DNA of 63,610 nt, filler included, from Octopus bimaculoides (taxonomy: Eukaryota), in assembly GCF_001194135.2 (NCBI RefSeq). It is 4 parts of 4 records of this genome, joined end to end, with 100 filler letters (N's around TTAATTAATTAA, not from the genome) between each part and the next. Parts side by side here need not be neighbours in the genome. Positions count along the whole stretch, not along the records: positions 1 to 23,781 come from NC_068994.1; 3 more parts are not named here. One strand, written 5' to 3'. Below, in pieces: positions 9,087 through 21,500 of the stretch. The notes under the pieces were generated by a model. The model searched no databases. It saw nothing but the letters and a program-made list of their open reading frames with translations, and was not told the DNA's origin. How positions within the stretch are numbered: the stretch's first letter is position 1; every line of letters begins with the position of its first letter. The translations under genes and the position numbers were made by a program.

Positions 9087-11506
9087 CGAGGGTTTTCAAA
9101 CTTTTTGAATTGCGGACCACTTTATAAATGCTTATGAAATTTATACATAAATATTTGCTTAAAATAACATATATTTTTACATTTATTTATCTAACAGTAT
9201 TTAACAAATAGGTTTATTGTCAATTATACACACAGGATTTTTTTAATACATACTTAGTGAGAAGGATGTGCTTGCTTGGCTTTGCACAAACTGTCAATTC
9301 TTGGAGATACTAATGACAAACATACACGTAAGTCACTTTCTGAAGCAAGTCTGGATCTGTATTTGTTTTTTAGATTGGTCAGTGCCGAAAATCCTGCTTC
9401 ACATAAATATGTTGTTGCAAACGGTAGCAAAATCTTAATTGCCTTTCGTGATAACAATGGATACTGGGAGGCTACAGTAAGCCAGAATTTCGAAAGTGGT
9501 TGCTGCATAAAACTGATTTTTAAAGTTTTGTCGCATGAAATTTCAGCCAGTTCTTCCAGTTCATTTCCTGTGAGCATGTCATCANNNNNNNNNNTTACTA
9601 ACTTTTGTAGTCTATATATTCAGTTTTTTGTTGAAGGCTTCTATTTTGTCATGACTAAATAAAATATTTGAATTTCTTCCTTGTAGAGATAAATTCAGTT
9701 CATTAAGTTTGTTGAATATATCTGCCAGGTAAGCAACTTTGCAAAGCCAAATTTTATCAGCCATTATCGAAGCCAGTTCAGCATTATAATCACACAAAAA
9801 CATCAACAGTTCTTCTCTAAGTTCAAATAAACGCTGAATTGTTTTACCTTGTGAAAGCCATCTTACCTCTGTATGAAGCAACAGACTTGAATGTTCAGCC
9901 AACCATCTCACCACAGAGTATTGCAAAGAAACAACTATACAGTGGTCTTGTTTTAATGAAATTTATCACTTTAATACAACATGACAAGACTTCGGACAAA
10001 GAAGCATTCATTTTTTTGGCAACCAGAACTTCTCAATGAATCATGCAATGTGTTGCAGTGATGTTAGGTGCTACTTTCTTAATATATCCCACAACACCTG
10101 AGTGAATACCGGTCATTGATGCCGCCCTATCTGTACATATACCAATACACTGGCTCCATAACAAGCCTGATTGAAAAAGAAAAGAGTCCAATACTTTGAA
10201 AACTTCCTCCAGAGTTGTTCTAGTGGGCATAGGATAGCAAAATAGAAAATCTTCAAGCATTTCACTTGAACAATATTGCACATACACCATAAGTTGAGAT
10301 TCACTGGTAATGTCTGTGCTTTCATCAAGTTGTAATGCAAAAAAGCTTATTTTCACTCTGTCACTTAACTGAGATTTTATATCTTTTGACATATCTTCTA
10401 TTCTTCGTGCAATTGTGTTGTCTGACAGTGGCACAGCTTTCAATTTTGCAGCACATTTTCCATCCAAAATTGCCTCACACATTGCACAGGGCAATACAAG
10501 TTCTTCAGCAATATTATGAGCCTTCTTAGCACGAGCCACTCTCAGTATCACTAAATAAGATGCCCGTAGTAGTTTATAATTTGATGTTATTGACATTTTA
10601 AAAGTTGTTGTCTCTTTTAAATATGCTTCCTTTTTTCTTTCAAAAAAATCTTTTGGTTTTGTAGCAAATTGAGGGTGTAGTGTTGTTAAATGTCGCTGCA
10701 ATTTAGCTGGTTTCAAGGCTTCATTCAACAACAGCTTATGACAAAGTAAACACTGTGGTCTGTTAGCATTAGACACACTTTCAATGAATCCAAATCGAAT
10801 ATACTCCACGTCGTATTTTCTTAATTTATTTTTCTGAACAATCTCTTCTGTCTCTGTATCAGNNNNNNNNNNNNNNNNNNNNNNNNNNNNNNNNNNNNNN
10901 NNNNNNNNNNNNNNNNNNNNNNNCGTTTCAAAAATTTATCCATGGGTAACGCTTGCACCCTGAAAATTTGAACGTGAAGCTCTTGCATGTGTAAAATAAT
11001 TTTCATATAAATAACGTTGACGTATAATGGGCGATAATGTAGGTTTTATGCCATTTAGGAACATTAATAAATAAAAATCAGATATTCAGACACTGAAAAT
11101 TTATAATTTGAACTTCACTGGATGTGTAAATTAACAAAGTGTATTTAACAATTATGTGACAGTACCTGTGTGCTTCTTTGGATCTGACTAAACAGTCATA
11201 ACTCAGCAAATACTTTAATGCAAAGAAACATAAATTCCCACTTTTCTTGTCATGAACCATAATTAATGTGAATGGAATTCCTGACACGCGATCAATGCTC
11301 AAGTGACAACTTAATTGTTTTAATCGATGGGACTTTTAGGATATATTACAAAATTATTTACCTGTTATTTCATGCACTTACATTTACAAAATATAAGAAA
11401 AAAGATTTCGATTAAAAAACATATATAAAATCAAATTGCCCATAAAAAGTATTTGCTGTCCACGGACGCCGTCTTGTTCTTGCGGACCACAGTTTGAAAA
11501 CCCCTG
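9087..11506 (-). mobile_element. hAT/Charlie (Buster-like) DNA transposon, near full length
   Basis: TIR cgagggttttcaaact / agtttgaaaacccctg; 8-bp TSD GTCTAATG at 9079-9086 and 11507-11514; encodes the transposase below. Confidence 0.92.
9254..10943 (-). pseudogene. Disrupted hAT transposase (BED-type zinc finger, DDE core, hATC dimerization region; ZBED5/ZBED8/SCAND3-like)
   Basis: MDKFLK start at 10943; PQCLLCHKLLLNEALKPAKLQRHLTTLHP; FALQLDESTD; HCMIH*E (CGA>TGA); LLLHTEVRWLSQGK; LLPFATTYLCEAGFS...QAHPSH. One stop, frameshifts and two N-gaps. Confidence 0.9.
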
Positions 11507-11806
11507 GTCTAATGAATGAGGAGTATTCATAAGTGGGCTGGTTACACCCACTGACAGCTTGTCGGGTCCTCTCAAGCACAGCATATCTCCAAAGGTCTCG
11601 GTCACTAGTCATTGCCTCGGTAAGGTCCAATGTTCGAAGGTTGTGCTTCACGACCTCATCCCAGGTTTTACTAGGTCTACCTCTTCCACAGGTTCCCTCA
11701 ACTACTAGGATGCAACACTTTTTCACACTGCTGTCCTCATTCATTCGCAACACATGACCATACCAGCGCAGTCGTCTCTCTTGCACATGCATCTGATGCT
11801 TCTTAA

Positions 11807-12084
11807 CCCATTACTTCCCATAATTCTATTAACTGGAAATTTTTTTATGAAACTTTGATTTCTAGCATAAAACAGCCTTAGAAACACACTGGAATGATCA
11901 AAATAACATTTTAAATAGAAATAAGCGAGATATTGGGTGAAAAATTAGCAAACCTCATTTGAATATCAGAGAAATATACCTAGTAGATATAGCAAAAAGG
12001 TTAGATATGTGTATATATTGACACATAATTACGAAATTTGTAATTTTTAAGTGATCTCATATGAGATCATTGGTAGGTAATGGG
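11807..12084. mobile_element. piggyBac-type MITE
   Basis: TTAA on both sides (11803-11806, 12085-12088) and TIR CCCATTAC/GTAATGGG. The empty site gcttcttaaatccaacttttc matches the uninterrupted RTE copy at ~19215 (gcttcttatgtccaacttttc). Confidence 0.85.
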
Positions 12085-13207
12085 TTAAATCCAACTTTTC
12101 TCTCAGGGCGCTTACACTCTGTCATGGATGCACACTGACATTACACATCCAGCGGAGCATACTGGCTTCATTCCTTGCAAGCTTACGCATGTCCTCAGTA
12201 GTCACGGCCCATGTTTCACTACCATGTAGCATGGCTGTTCATATACATGCATCATACAGTTTACCTTTTACTCTGAGCGAGAGGCCCTTTGTCATCAGCA
12301 GAGGTAGGAGCTCTCTGAATTTTGCTTAGGCTATTGTTGTTCTAGTAGCTACACTTTCAGAGCAACCACCCCAATTACTGACGGAAGCTATCAATTACTT
12401 CTAGTTTTTCCCCCTGGAATGTGACAGAAGCTGCTCTCTGCACATTTTCAGTATTTATAGCACCTGAGCATTTGCTACATACAAAAACTATCTTCCCAGT
12501 TAGCCTCCCTTTGATATTGCTGCACCTCTTATGTGTCCATAGCTTACACTGGGTACACCTTATGGAGTTTCTACCTACGCCTTTTCTACAGATTGAGCAG
12601 GGCCATCTACCTGAAGGGATTTAAAAACAGTATTTCAGTATAGGTATAAATGTTGAGAAACTAAAGATGATATGACAGTGCTTTGACTCAGGTCATCCCA
12701 GGACGTGCATGTATACAGCATATATATATAACATTCAACAATTAACAGCTGATAATGATGCATTGAAAGAATTGCAATGATTTGTAATAAAGCCTGTTCA
12801 ATCCATCTTCTCAAATTAAAATTTTTTTGTTTATACTCTACAATATTTCAGATTTCCACATATATATCCAGTGACAGAAGTCCTACTGTGTAATAACATT
12901 GGTAGCCAATACCAGTATACATTATTACACTACTGAAAACAGATTATACACCTGTTACAAAGAAGTATATGCTTTTGGATTAAACTACTGAACAACTTAA
13001 GATGTTTCGTCAATGTTTAAATCCAGATTCAATTTCCCCTTAATTTGTCAAACTGTGGTTTTCAATCAGGAGTTAGAATATTAAAATATCTACTCAAATC
13101 TTCATGATAAGCATGTTTAGAGGTAAAACAATGAATTTCTGAATTAGTGAAGAAAACATGTGCCAAAGAATACTAAAGCTGTTTACAAAAGTCCACAGAA
13201 AGGCCTT

Positions 13208-13505
13208 TGTTATATTGCTCTAATTTAATTCTATGTTCTGACTAAGTATCAAACTAGTTTTAGTGACTCTGCTTTATTTCGTGTGTTCACCTCGTGTCCT
13301 TTTAAAAGTGAACTTTTGACTGTTTTCTAATTTGCATACTGGTTTGTTTCGTAAGTCGCATGATACTTTTTGCATGTGGGTCTTTAGGTTCTGCTTTTTT
13401 TAATCAGCATGCATTTTTGAGTATATATCGCGTTGTATTTGCTCACATATTATCTCCATTCGAGTAATGTAATCCAAGTTAATAATTCTGTATTAAAACA
13501 TAACA
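13208..13505 (+). repeat. 5' LTR
   Basis: tgttatattgc...aaaacataaca; roughly 90% similar by eye to 17879-18189. Confidence 0.93.
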
Positions 13506-13514
13506 GAGTTATTT

Positions 13515-13533
13515 TGGCGACGAGGATGAGATC
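13515..13533 (+). promoter_or_regulatory. Primer-binding site complementary to the tRNA-Ser(GCU) 3' end
   Basis: TGGCGACGAGGATGAGATC versus the complement of the recalled tRNA-Ser(GCU) end, TGGCGACGAGGATGGGATTC; begins 9 nt after the LTR. Confidence 0.75.
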
Positions 13534-13574
13534 TGCTGTTTGATTTAATCAGCATTGCTTACCGTACATTACGA

Positions 13575-16500
13575 AATGGAAAAGCTTGTTGAACTTCTAC
13601 AACAAATTTCCATTCAAGAGAAATCCTTGGAAGATAAGAACACTGTAATGAAGAACAAAGTAAAGAACAATAGCGTCATCATGAAGAGCAACAGCATCGT
13701 CATGAAGAACAAAGCCAAAAACAACAGCACCGTCATGAAGAACAAATGAAAGTCTTACAAGAGATGATTGAAAAACCTTCTACAAGTGCTGGGATTGAGT
13801 CGGTCGTTTCTACTTCTCAAGTTGCCACGCCCAGTTTTTCTGCATTCGATTCCACTACAGAGCTATGGACTGACTACTGGTCAAGGGTTTGCATTTTTAC
13901 CAAGGTGCATTCAGTTCCTGACAGTAAGAAACCTAAAGTTTTCCTTACTAATCAATCTTCTACCGTGTACAAGATGTTATCCAATCTGGCAGCACAAGAA
14001 ACACTGCCAAGAGACATCAATGATCTTATGATGGACCAAATCTCCAATTACATGACGTGACAATTTGACCCAAAACAATTTGTTGTGCGTGAGAGATTTC
14101 ACTTCTGGAGTGACATGAAGCGCAAACCGGATGAGTCAATTAAAAAATTAGCTACTCGTATTTGCCAGGCTGCTGCTACCTGTGATTTTACGTCAATCAA
14201 GGATCCTCTGGATGAAGCGTCGCGAACACGTTTCATTTGCTCAGTCAACAATGAAGCTGTGCTAAAAGCGCTTTTCAAAATCAACACCAATGAACTTACA
14301 TTCAATCGAGCAATCAAAGTCACTATTGAGACAGAGGATGTGGCTAAAGTTGCTAAAGAAACCATCTACAGTTCTATTCCTACACAAGTACAAAAGGTTA
14401 AATGTTTTAAATCTACAGGTAAAATGACGGCAAGTTCTAAGCCAGCTGAAGACAAGTCAAAACGGAAGTGTTACCACTGTGGGAAAACTTCTCATCTTGC
14501 TCCCGATTGCTGTTTCAAAAATGCTACTTGTAATTATTGTAAGATTCAAGGGCACTTAGAGTCAGTATGCCGGAAGAAAACGCGGTTGCAAAATCCTAGT
14601 AATGCTGGTAATAGGGTAAGAAATCTAAGAATTTGTAACTTTCTACTGTTTCTGATGATTTTTGCAGGGTTCCCCAATTACTTGTTCCAGTCCATATCTG
14701 TTCCAAGCTGGTGCATATGGAACTGGACACTGCGACAGAAGGAAACTTCATTTCAGAAGAATTATGGTCAGAACTGGGAAAACTGGAACTTCAACCAACA
14801 ACCTTGCAGTATCAATTGCCTAGCAAACACGCTCTTCCGATCATAAGTACTTTTGTGGGTCAAACCAGTGTTGAACCCCATGCTGATAAAAGTTGTGCCA
14901 TCACATACCATGTTTCCAAAGTTAAAAATTTGAACTTATTAGGACGAGATGCTATTATGAAGCTAAAGATTTCAACTGATGATCTTCTGTTTTCCAGGGA
15001 ATCTAACATGGAAATAAAGGTGCTATCGTCTCATCTCCACAAAATAGTTGCACATTTGCAAGAGTCATGTTCGAAACTTTGCGATGAACATGCAGAGTTG
15101 TACAAGCCAGAGTTGAGCTGTCTTCAAGGTTTTGATCTGGATGTGCAATTCAAATCCAATGCTAAGCCTGTTTTCTGCAAATCAAGGTCTGTTCCTTTCG
15201 CTCTTCAAGCTGATTTAACTCAAACTATTAGTGCTGGCATAAAGAAAGGAACTTGGACTCTGGTTTAATTCAATGAATGGGGTACTGCGGTTGTTCCAGT
15301 CCAAGAGAAACAGACGACACCAACTGCAGGTATGCCCTTACAAATTTGTGGTGATTATTCTGTGACAGTAAATCCTCAGCTGGAAATTCATCGACATCCA
15401 CTTCCATTACCAGAAGACCTGATGCGAAAATTAGGAGGGGGTCATGGATTCACAAAAATTGATCTCACAGATGCTTACAACCAAATCAAACTTGCTCCAG
15501 AGAGTCGAAGATGTCTGGCTTTAAGCACTCACCGAGGAGTTTTACTTCAAAATGTGTTGCCATTCGGAATTTCTTCAGCCCCTGGGTATTTTCAAAAGAT
15601 AATGGATGACATCACAAATGATCTACCAGGTGTTGGTGTCTACTTAGATGACATATTGGTCAGTGGTCTGGATGCAGAGTCTCACTTACAGAACCTGAAA
15701 CGTTTACTTCAGCGTCTACAGGAAAAAAGTCTTCGATGTCACAGAGAGAAGTGTCAAATCGCCGAACCCAAAGTGGAATATTTGGGACAGATACTTTCCA
15801 AACAAGGCATTTCGAAAGGTCCCAAAGTAGATGCTGTCATCAACATGTCGGCACCCAAGGAGGTATTTGCATGGCAGTCATTTTTGGGATCAGTGCAATT
15901 CTATTCAAAGTTTTAGCTTCCTAGTTTTTCTACAGTGGCTTCACCTCTCTATAGGCTCTTGCATGATGAAGTTGAGTGGAATTGGGGTGAACCAGAACAA
16001 GCCGCTTTCCTGAAGTTGAAGGACCTCCTTACATCCGATTCAGTTCTGGCTCATTTCGATCTTGCTGTGCCATTGGGAATAGCATGTGACACGTCCACTA
16101 TTGGTATTGGAGCAACCTTGTTCCATCGTTATTCAAATGGAGATGAAAAACCAATTGCTAACGTCTCCAAGCTCCTTTCTGCATTTCAACACAATTACAG
16201 ACAGACACAAAAGGAGGCCCTGGCACTAGTTTTTGCTCTAAAGAAGTTTTATCAGTATGTTCTTGGCAGATCATTCATTCTGGTAACAGATCATAAACCA
16301 CTCCTGTCAATTTTTGGTCCTAACAAGCTAGTGCCAGGTTTGGCTTGCTGGACACTTTTTCTCAACCAGTTTTCCTATGTCATAGAGTATCCAAAAAGCA
16401 ACCTTCATCAGAATGCAGATGCTCTTAGCCACCTTCCTGTTGGAGAGGACTGCATCTTTGATGGGGAGGAAGACATGGATGATACCGACGTGGTGTGTGC

Positions 16501-17459
16501 AATTGAAGTGATTAGTTTACAAGTTCAGCCTACAGATTCGACTTTAGTTAGAAAGGAGTCCTCTAAAAATCCAGTTTTAGCACAAGTGATGTGTTTTACA
16601 TGAGAAGGTTGGCATTCACATCTCGACTGATAATCCAGTGGAGCAATTCTGAAAGCTTTCCCAATCTTTGAGCACATGTCATGGATGTTTACTGTATGGT
16701 ACGAGACTAGTCATTCTTACCAGTCTACAAGAACGAATCTTACACACAAGTCATCTCGGTATGCAATGGATGAAGCAATTGGTGTGGACAGTAGTATACT
16801 GGCCAAACATTGATGCAGAAACCACGGATCTTTGCCGCCGCTGCACTTCTTGCTGTGAACACAGAAAGGCACCACCTAAACCAGCAATTCATCCATAGAT
16901 AATGCCCGAAAAGCCTTGGTCTCGTCTGCATGTAGATCATGCTATGCCATGTAGATCATGCTTTATGAGGCATAATTGGTTAGTAATCACTGATGCATAC
17001 ACTAGATACACTTGATCCATGCCACTACTTCATTTTCCAGTAAGACTACAATGGATTTGTTAGAGGAACATTTTGCACACTTTGGATATCCACATACCAT
17101 CATGTCTGACAATGTCACCTGCTTTACTTGAAGAATTTCAAAACTACTGTAAGGAGAGAAGCATTGTTCATCTAATGGGAGCTCCCTATCACTCTTCAAC
17201 GAACAGAGCTGCTGAGCACTTGATTCAAACTTTCAGGCAAGCGTTACAAAAGTCTTCCATAACACCTAAAGAAGCTTTGCTGGAATTCTTGATGCAATTC
17301 AGGAGAACACCTACTACTAGTGGCTACTCACCAAGTGAATTACTCAACAGTCGTCAATTACACACCAAGATTGACATCTTGCTTCCATCTCCAGTTCATT
17401 TGGTCCAATCCAAATTGAAAAGGACTACCGAGAGAGATGTACTTAAAACTTCCAGTTGA
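13575..17459 (+). pseudogene. Disrupted gag-pol of the Gypsy element
   Basis: Two CCHC knuckles (CYHCGKTSHLAPDC, CNYCKIQGHLESVC); protease ELDTA; RT KIDLTDAYNQ / LPFGISSAP / YLDD; RNase H ACDTS..GIGA, KEALA, TDHKPL; integrase HLGM..YWPNID..C..C and core. Many stops and frameshifts. Confidence 0.92.
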
Positions 17460-17869
17460 TTTCAAGTCGGTGATCCATGCTATGCTCTGTATTTTGAACC
17501 AAGGAGAAACTAAGATCCACGTTGGGTTCCAGCTATAGTTGTGAAAAAACAAGGAACATGAACGTTTCATGTTCAAGTTGTACCTAGAGGTCTCATTTGG
17601 AGACGTCATCTAGAACAATTGCAACCTTGATATTTTCGGAAGATGACCAAGAGCCAGGAGATACACCTTCTTTCTATGCGCCTGAAGAAGAATCTGTTAG
17701 CTCATTGTTACCACCTAGCAACAATAACTCAACTCCAGAATACAGTCATCAACATCCAAGAAGATCAACGAGATGAAGAAAACCTCTGGACTATTATGTG
17801 TCACAATACTGATTTATTTGTGCTCAATTTTAAGATATTGTGTAATTTACGTTTCATATTCCAGACTTG

Positions 17870-17878
17870 TTGGGGAAG
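17870..17878 (+). promoter_or_regulatory. Polypurine tract
   Basis: ttggggaag immediately before the 3' LTR TG. Confidence 0.7.
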
Positions 17879-18189
17879 TGTTATATTGCTCTAATTTAAT
17901 TCTATATTTTGGCTCAGTATCGAACTAAGTTTGGTGACTCAGCTTTATTTTGTGTGTTCAACTTGTGTCCTTTTAAAAGTGAACTTTTGACTAGCTTCTA
18001 ATTTGCATACTAGTTTGTTTCATAAGTAGCATGATACTTTTTGCATGTGGGTCTTTAGGTTCTGCTTTTTTTAATCAACGTGCATTTTTGAGTATATATT
18101 GCATTATATGTGCTCACATATTATCTCCATTATTGGCTTGCATTCGAGTAATGTAATCCAAGTTAATAGTTCTGTATTAAAACATAACA
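17879..18189 (+). repeat. 3' LTR
   Basis: Matches the 5' LTR, with 13 extra bases (attggcttgcatt) at a catt microhomology. Confidence 0.93.
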
Positions 18190-18329
18190 GCCTTTTTTGC
18201 CCACTGTACTACATCATCATTTTCATCACTGCTTTAATATCTGCTTTACCATACTACACTTGCATAGGTCAGACAAGATTCACAGGAGCAGAATTTTTAC
18301 AGCTAGCTACTCTTCCTGTAGCCACAATT

Positions 18330-18520
18330 AGAATGTGATGTGAAAACAAGGAGATATATGCACACAAACACATGACAGCTTCTTTATAGTTTCTGTTAAT
18401 AAAATTCACTCACATGACTTTGGATGACCCAGGGCTTATAGTAAGAACACTTGCCCAAGGTGTTGTGCAATGGGATGCAGCCTGAAGCTACATGGTTACA
18501 AACTGAACTTTTGCATTACA
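18330..18520 (-). mobile_element. Partial long-family SINE
   Basis: cacttgcccaagg CORE-like segment as at 3890-3950. Confidence 0.65.
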
Positions 18521-18529
18521 AAGACAAGT

Positions 18530-21500
18530 CTACACCATCATCATTGTCATTTAATGTCTGCTTTCCATGCTGGTATGGGTTAGATGGTTTGACTGAGAAC
18601 TGGCAAGCTGAGAGGCTGCACCAGGCCCCAATCTGATTTGGCAAGGTTTCTACAGCTGGATGCCCTTTCCAATGCCAACCACTCCAAGAGTGTAGTGGGT
18701 GTTTTTACATGCCACCGGCATGTGAGCCAGTTAGGCAGCACTGGCATCGGCCATGCTCAAATGGTGCTTTTTACGTGCCACTGGCATCGGCCACATTTGA
18801 ATGGTGCATTTTATGCCACCAGTTCTGGCCACACTTGAATGGTGCTTTTTACATTTCACTGGCATGGGTACCAGTCATGCGGCACTGTCATCGGCCATGA
18901 CTATGATTTCACTTGGTTCAATAGGTCTTCACAAGCACAGCATATTGCCCAATGACTGAAGGGGGCTTTTTTCAAACGGGCCAGTTATTTGACTCTGGCA
19001 TCAGTCATGACTACAATCTCACTTGGCTTGCCAAGTCTTCTCAAGCACAGCATATCTCCAAAGGTCTCAGTAACTTGAAGGTCGTGCTTCACGACCTCAT
19101 CCCATGTCTTCCTAAGTTTGCCTCTTCCACAGGTTCCATCCACTGTTAGGGTGTGACACTTCTTCACACAGCTCTCCTCATCCATACACATCACATCTTG
19201 CACACCACATCTAATGCTTCTTATGTCCAACTTTTCTCTCAGGGTGTTTACACTCTGTTGTGTTTGCACACTGTCATTACACATCCAACAGCGCATACTT
19301 GCTTCATTTCTTGCAAGCCTACACATGTCCTCAGCAGTCACAGCCCATGTGTTTGCACACATGCATCATACAGTCTACCTTTCACTCTGAGTGAGAGGCC
19401 CTTTGTTAACTGCAGAAGTAGAAGCTCTCTGAACTTTGTCCAGGCTATTTGTATTCTAGTAGCTATGCTCTCAGAGCAGCCTCCCCCGCTACTGGAAGCT
19501 ATCAACTACTTCTAGTTTTTCCCCCTGGCATGTGATGGAATCTGTTTTCTGTACATCTTTGGTGTTTATTGAACCTGTGCATCTGCCACACACAAAAACC
19601 ATCTTACCAGTTAACCTTCCATTGATATTGCTGCACCATTTACATGTCCATAGCTTACACCAGGTACATCTTATGGAGTTTCTTCCTATGCCTTTTCTAC
19701 AGATCAAGCAGGGCCATCTAACTGAAGGGATTTGTGAATTATCTGCCTTCCTACTTACTAAGACTTTGGTTTTTGCTAGGTTAGCTTTAAGGCCCTTCAA
19801 TTCTAGACATTGCTTCCACACCTGAAACTTCTCTAGTTCTGATAGTGATTCAGCTATTAGAGCAAGGTCATCAGCATAGAGGAACTCCCAGGGGAAGCCT
19901 GTCTGGAATTCCTCTGTTATTGCTTAGAGGTCTATAATGAACAAGAGGGGGCTGAGTACTGATCCTTGGTGAACCCCTACTTCTACCCTGAATTCTTCCC
20001 TATACTTGTTGCCAACCCTCACCTTACTGACAGCATCCCTGTACATGGCTTGTACAGCTCTCACCAACCACTCATCTATCCCTAGTTTCTGCACTGACCA
20101 CCAGATAAGGGATTGGAGGACCCCAGCAAAGGCTTTCTCCATGTCAAGGAAAGCCAGGTACAGAGGTTTACCTTTGGCTCGGAATTTTTCCTGCAGCTGT
20201 CTTACCAGAAATATAGCATCAGTGGTGCTTCTCCCTGGCACAAACTCAAACTGCATCTCATCTAAACTAACTCGCTCCCTAATTAGTTGGGCTATGACCC
20301 TCTCTATGAATTTCATCACCTGATCCATCAATTTGATACCTCTGTAATTATTTCTATCTAAGGCATCAGCTTTACCTTTGTAGCAGTATGACTCCTTCAT
20401 GAATCACCTGGTTAACTATATGGGTGACTAGACTATAACCTACACTGCCAAATATTTTAAGCATCACAGCGGTGATTTCTGATGGACCGGGAGCTTTCCC
20501 TGTCTTCATACCCTTAATTGTTTTATCTACCAAGGTACTGTCAATTCAGATAGCTGGTCCCTCTGTTGGGTCAACATTTGGCAGACTCTCTTTCTCCCAT
20601 TCATCTCTTCATTTAGCAACCTTTCATAGTGGTGTCTACAAGTCTCTCTTCAATCCATCTGGTAGGGTTGGCTTCCATATTGTTCTATGACTGTCTATAG
20701 CTGCCCAAGTCTTAACAACACGAGATTTAATATCTTTTTCAGTGGACATGATACTGCTACCTAGGTAAGTAAACTTGTTGACATTTTTCAAGGGCTTCTG
20801 TTTGATGGTCTTGATTTCACCTGTTGTATTCAGGATGATAAACTCTGTCTTTTTTTCAATCACATATAGTCCTATGTTAGCAGAAGCATTTTCCAGGAGA
20901 TGGAGTAAATGTTCAGCATCTTTTCTTCAGAGCAGTTGTTAAATCTGTGCTTATATATGGATCTCCGACTTGGACTCTCACGATGCTCAACATCTCTTGG
21001 AGGGAGCACCCAACAAAACAATGGTTATATGGGAATATACCAACTTTCTCATCAACCATCCAAGAGCGGAGATTGAAGTTTGCTGGCCACTGCTGGAAGG
21101 GTGAAGAACTAGTGAGTAATGTATTGCTGTGGACACAAAATCATGGTACCACAGTGGCCGGAAGACCACGGAAGACGTATATAGAACAGTTTGCAGATGA
21201 TGGATGCCAAATTGAAGACCTAAAAACACTAATGGAGGATCAGGTGGTATAGAGAGAAGTATTCAGGCTGGGTCGGGCAATCAGCCTGGCTGGATGATGC
21301 ATCATTAAATGCAAGTGAGCCATCATTCATGCGGACACATTTCTCTCCTATGGCAATGATATTGCGATTTTCTCTTACACACTGTCTTGCAATTCGAAAC
21401 ACTTCAAGTCTCTGGTCCTCACGATGCAGAACATTGGCAAATTTCTTCTTATCTGCTTCCACTCTGACTAAGCAAACCTGTCTCCTAGCTTTCCTTTTGG

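Larger units (their letters stand above)
8553..12625 (-). mobile_element. 5'-truncated RTE LINE interrupted by a hAT transposon (9087-11506) and a piggyBac MITE (11807-12084)
   Basis: (ATC)n tail at 8553; ORF fragment VQERRLRWYGHVLRM...GRGRPSKTWDEVV; colinear with the copy at 18530-19730 once the inserts are removed. Confidence 0.85.
13208..18189 (+). mobile_element. Full-length decayed Ty3/Gypsy LTR retrotransposon (Mag-like)
   Basis: Two TG...CA LTRs, 5-bp TSD GCCTT (13203-13207, 18190-18194), PBS, PPT, and domain order gag-PR-RT-RH-IN. Confidence 0.95.

Noticed and set aside
12730-12850. Minus-strand NIVEYKQKNFNLRRWIEQAL as the upstream EXOC4 exon
   Set aside because: The NI...IExAL spacing matches, but the conserved VIFxPL core and good splice sites are absent; probably chance.
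13555-13749. ORF with MKNK repeats
   Set aside because: Shifted-frame reading of the Gypsy gag QQHRHEEQ repeats, not a separate gene.
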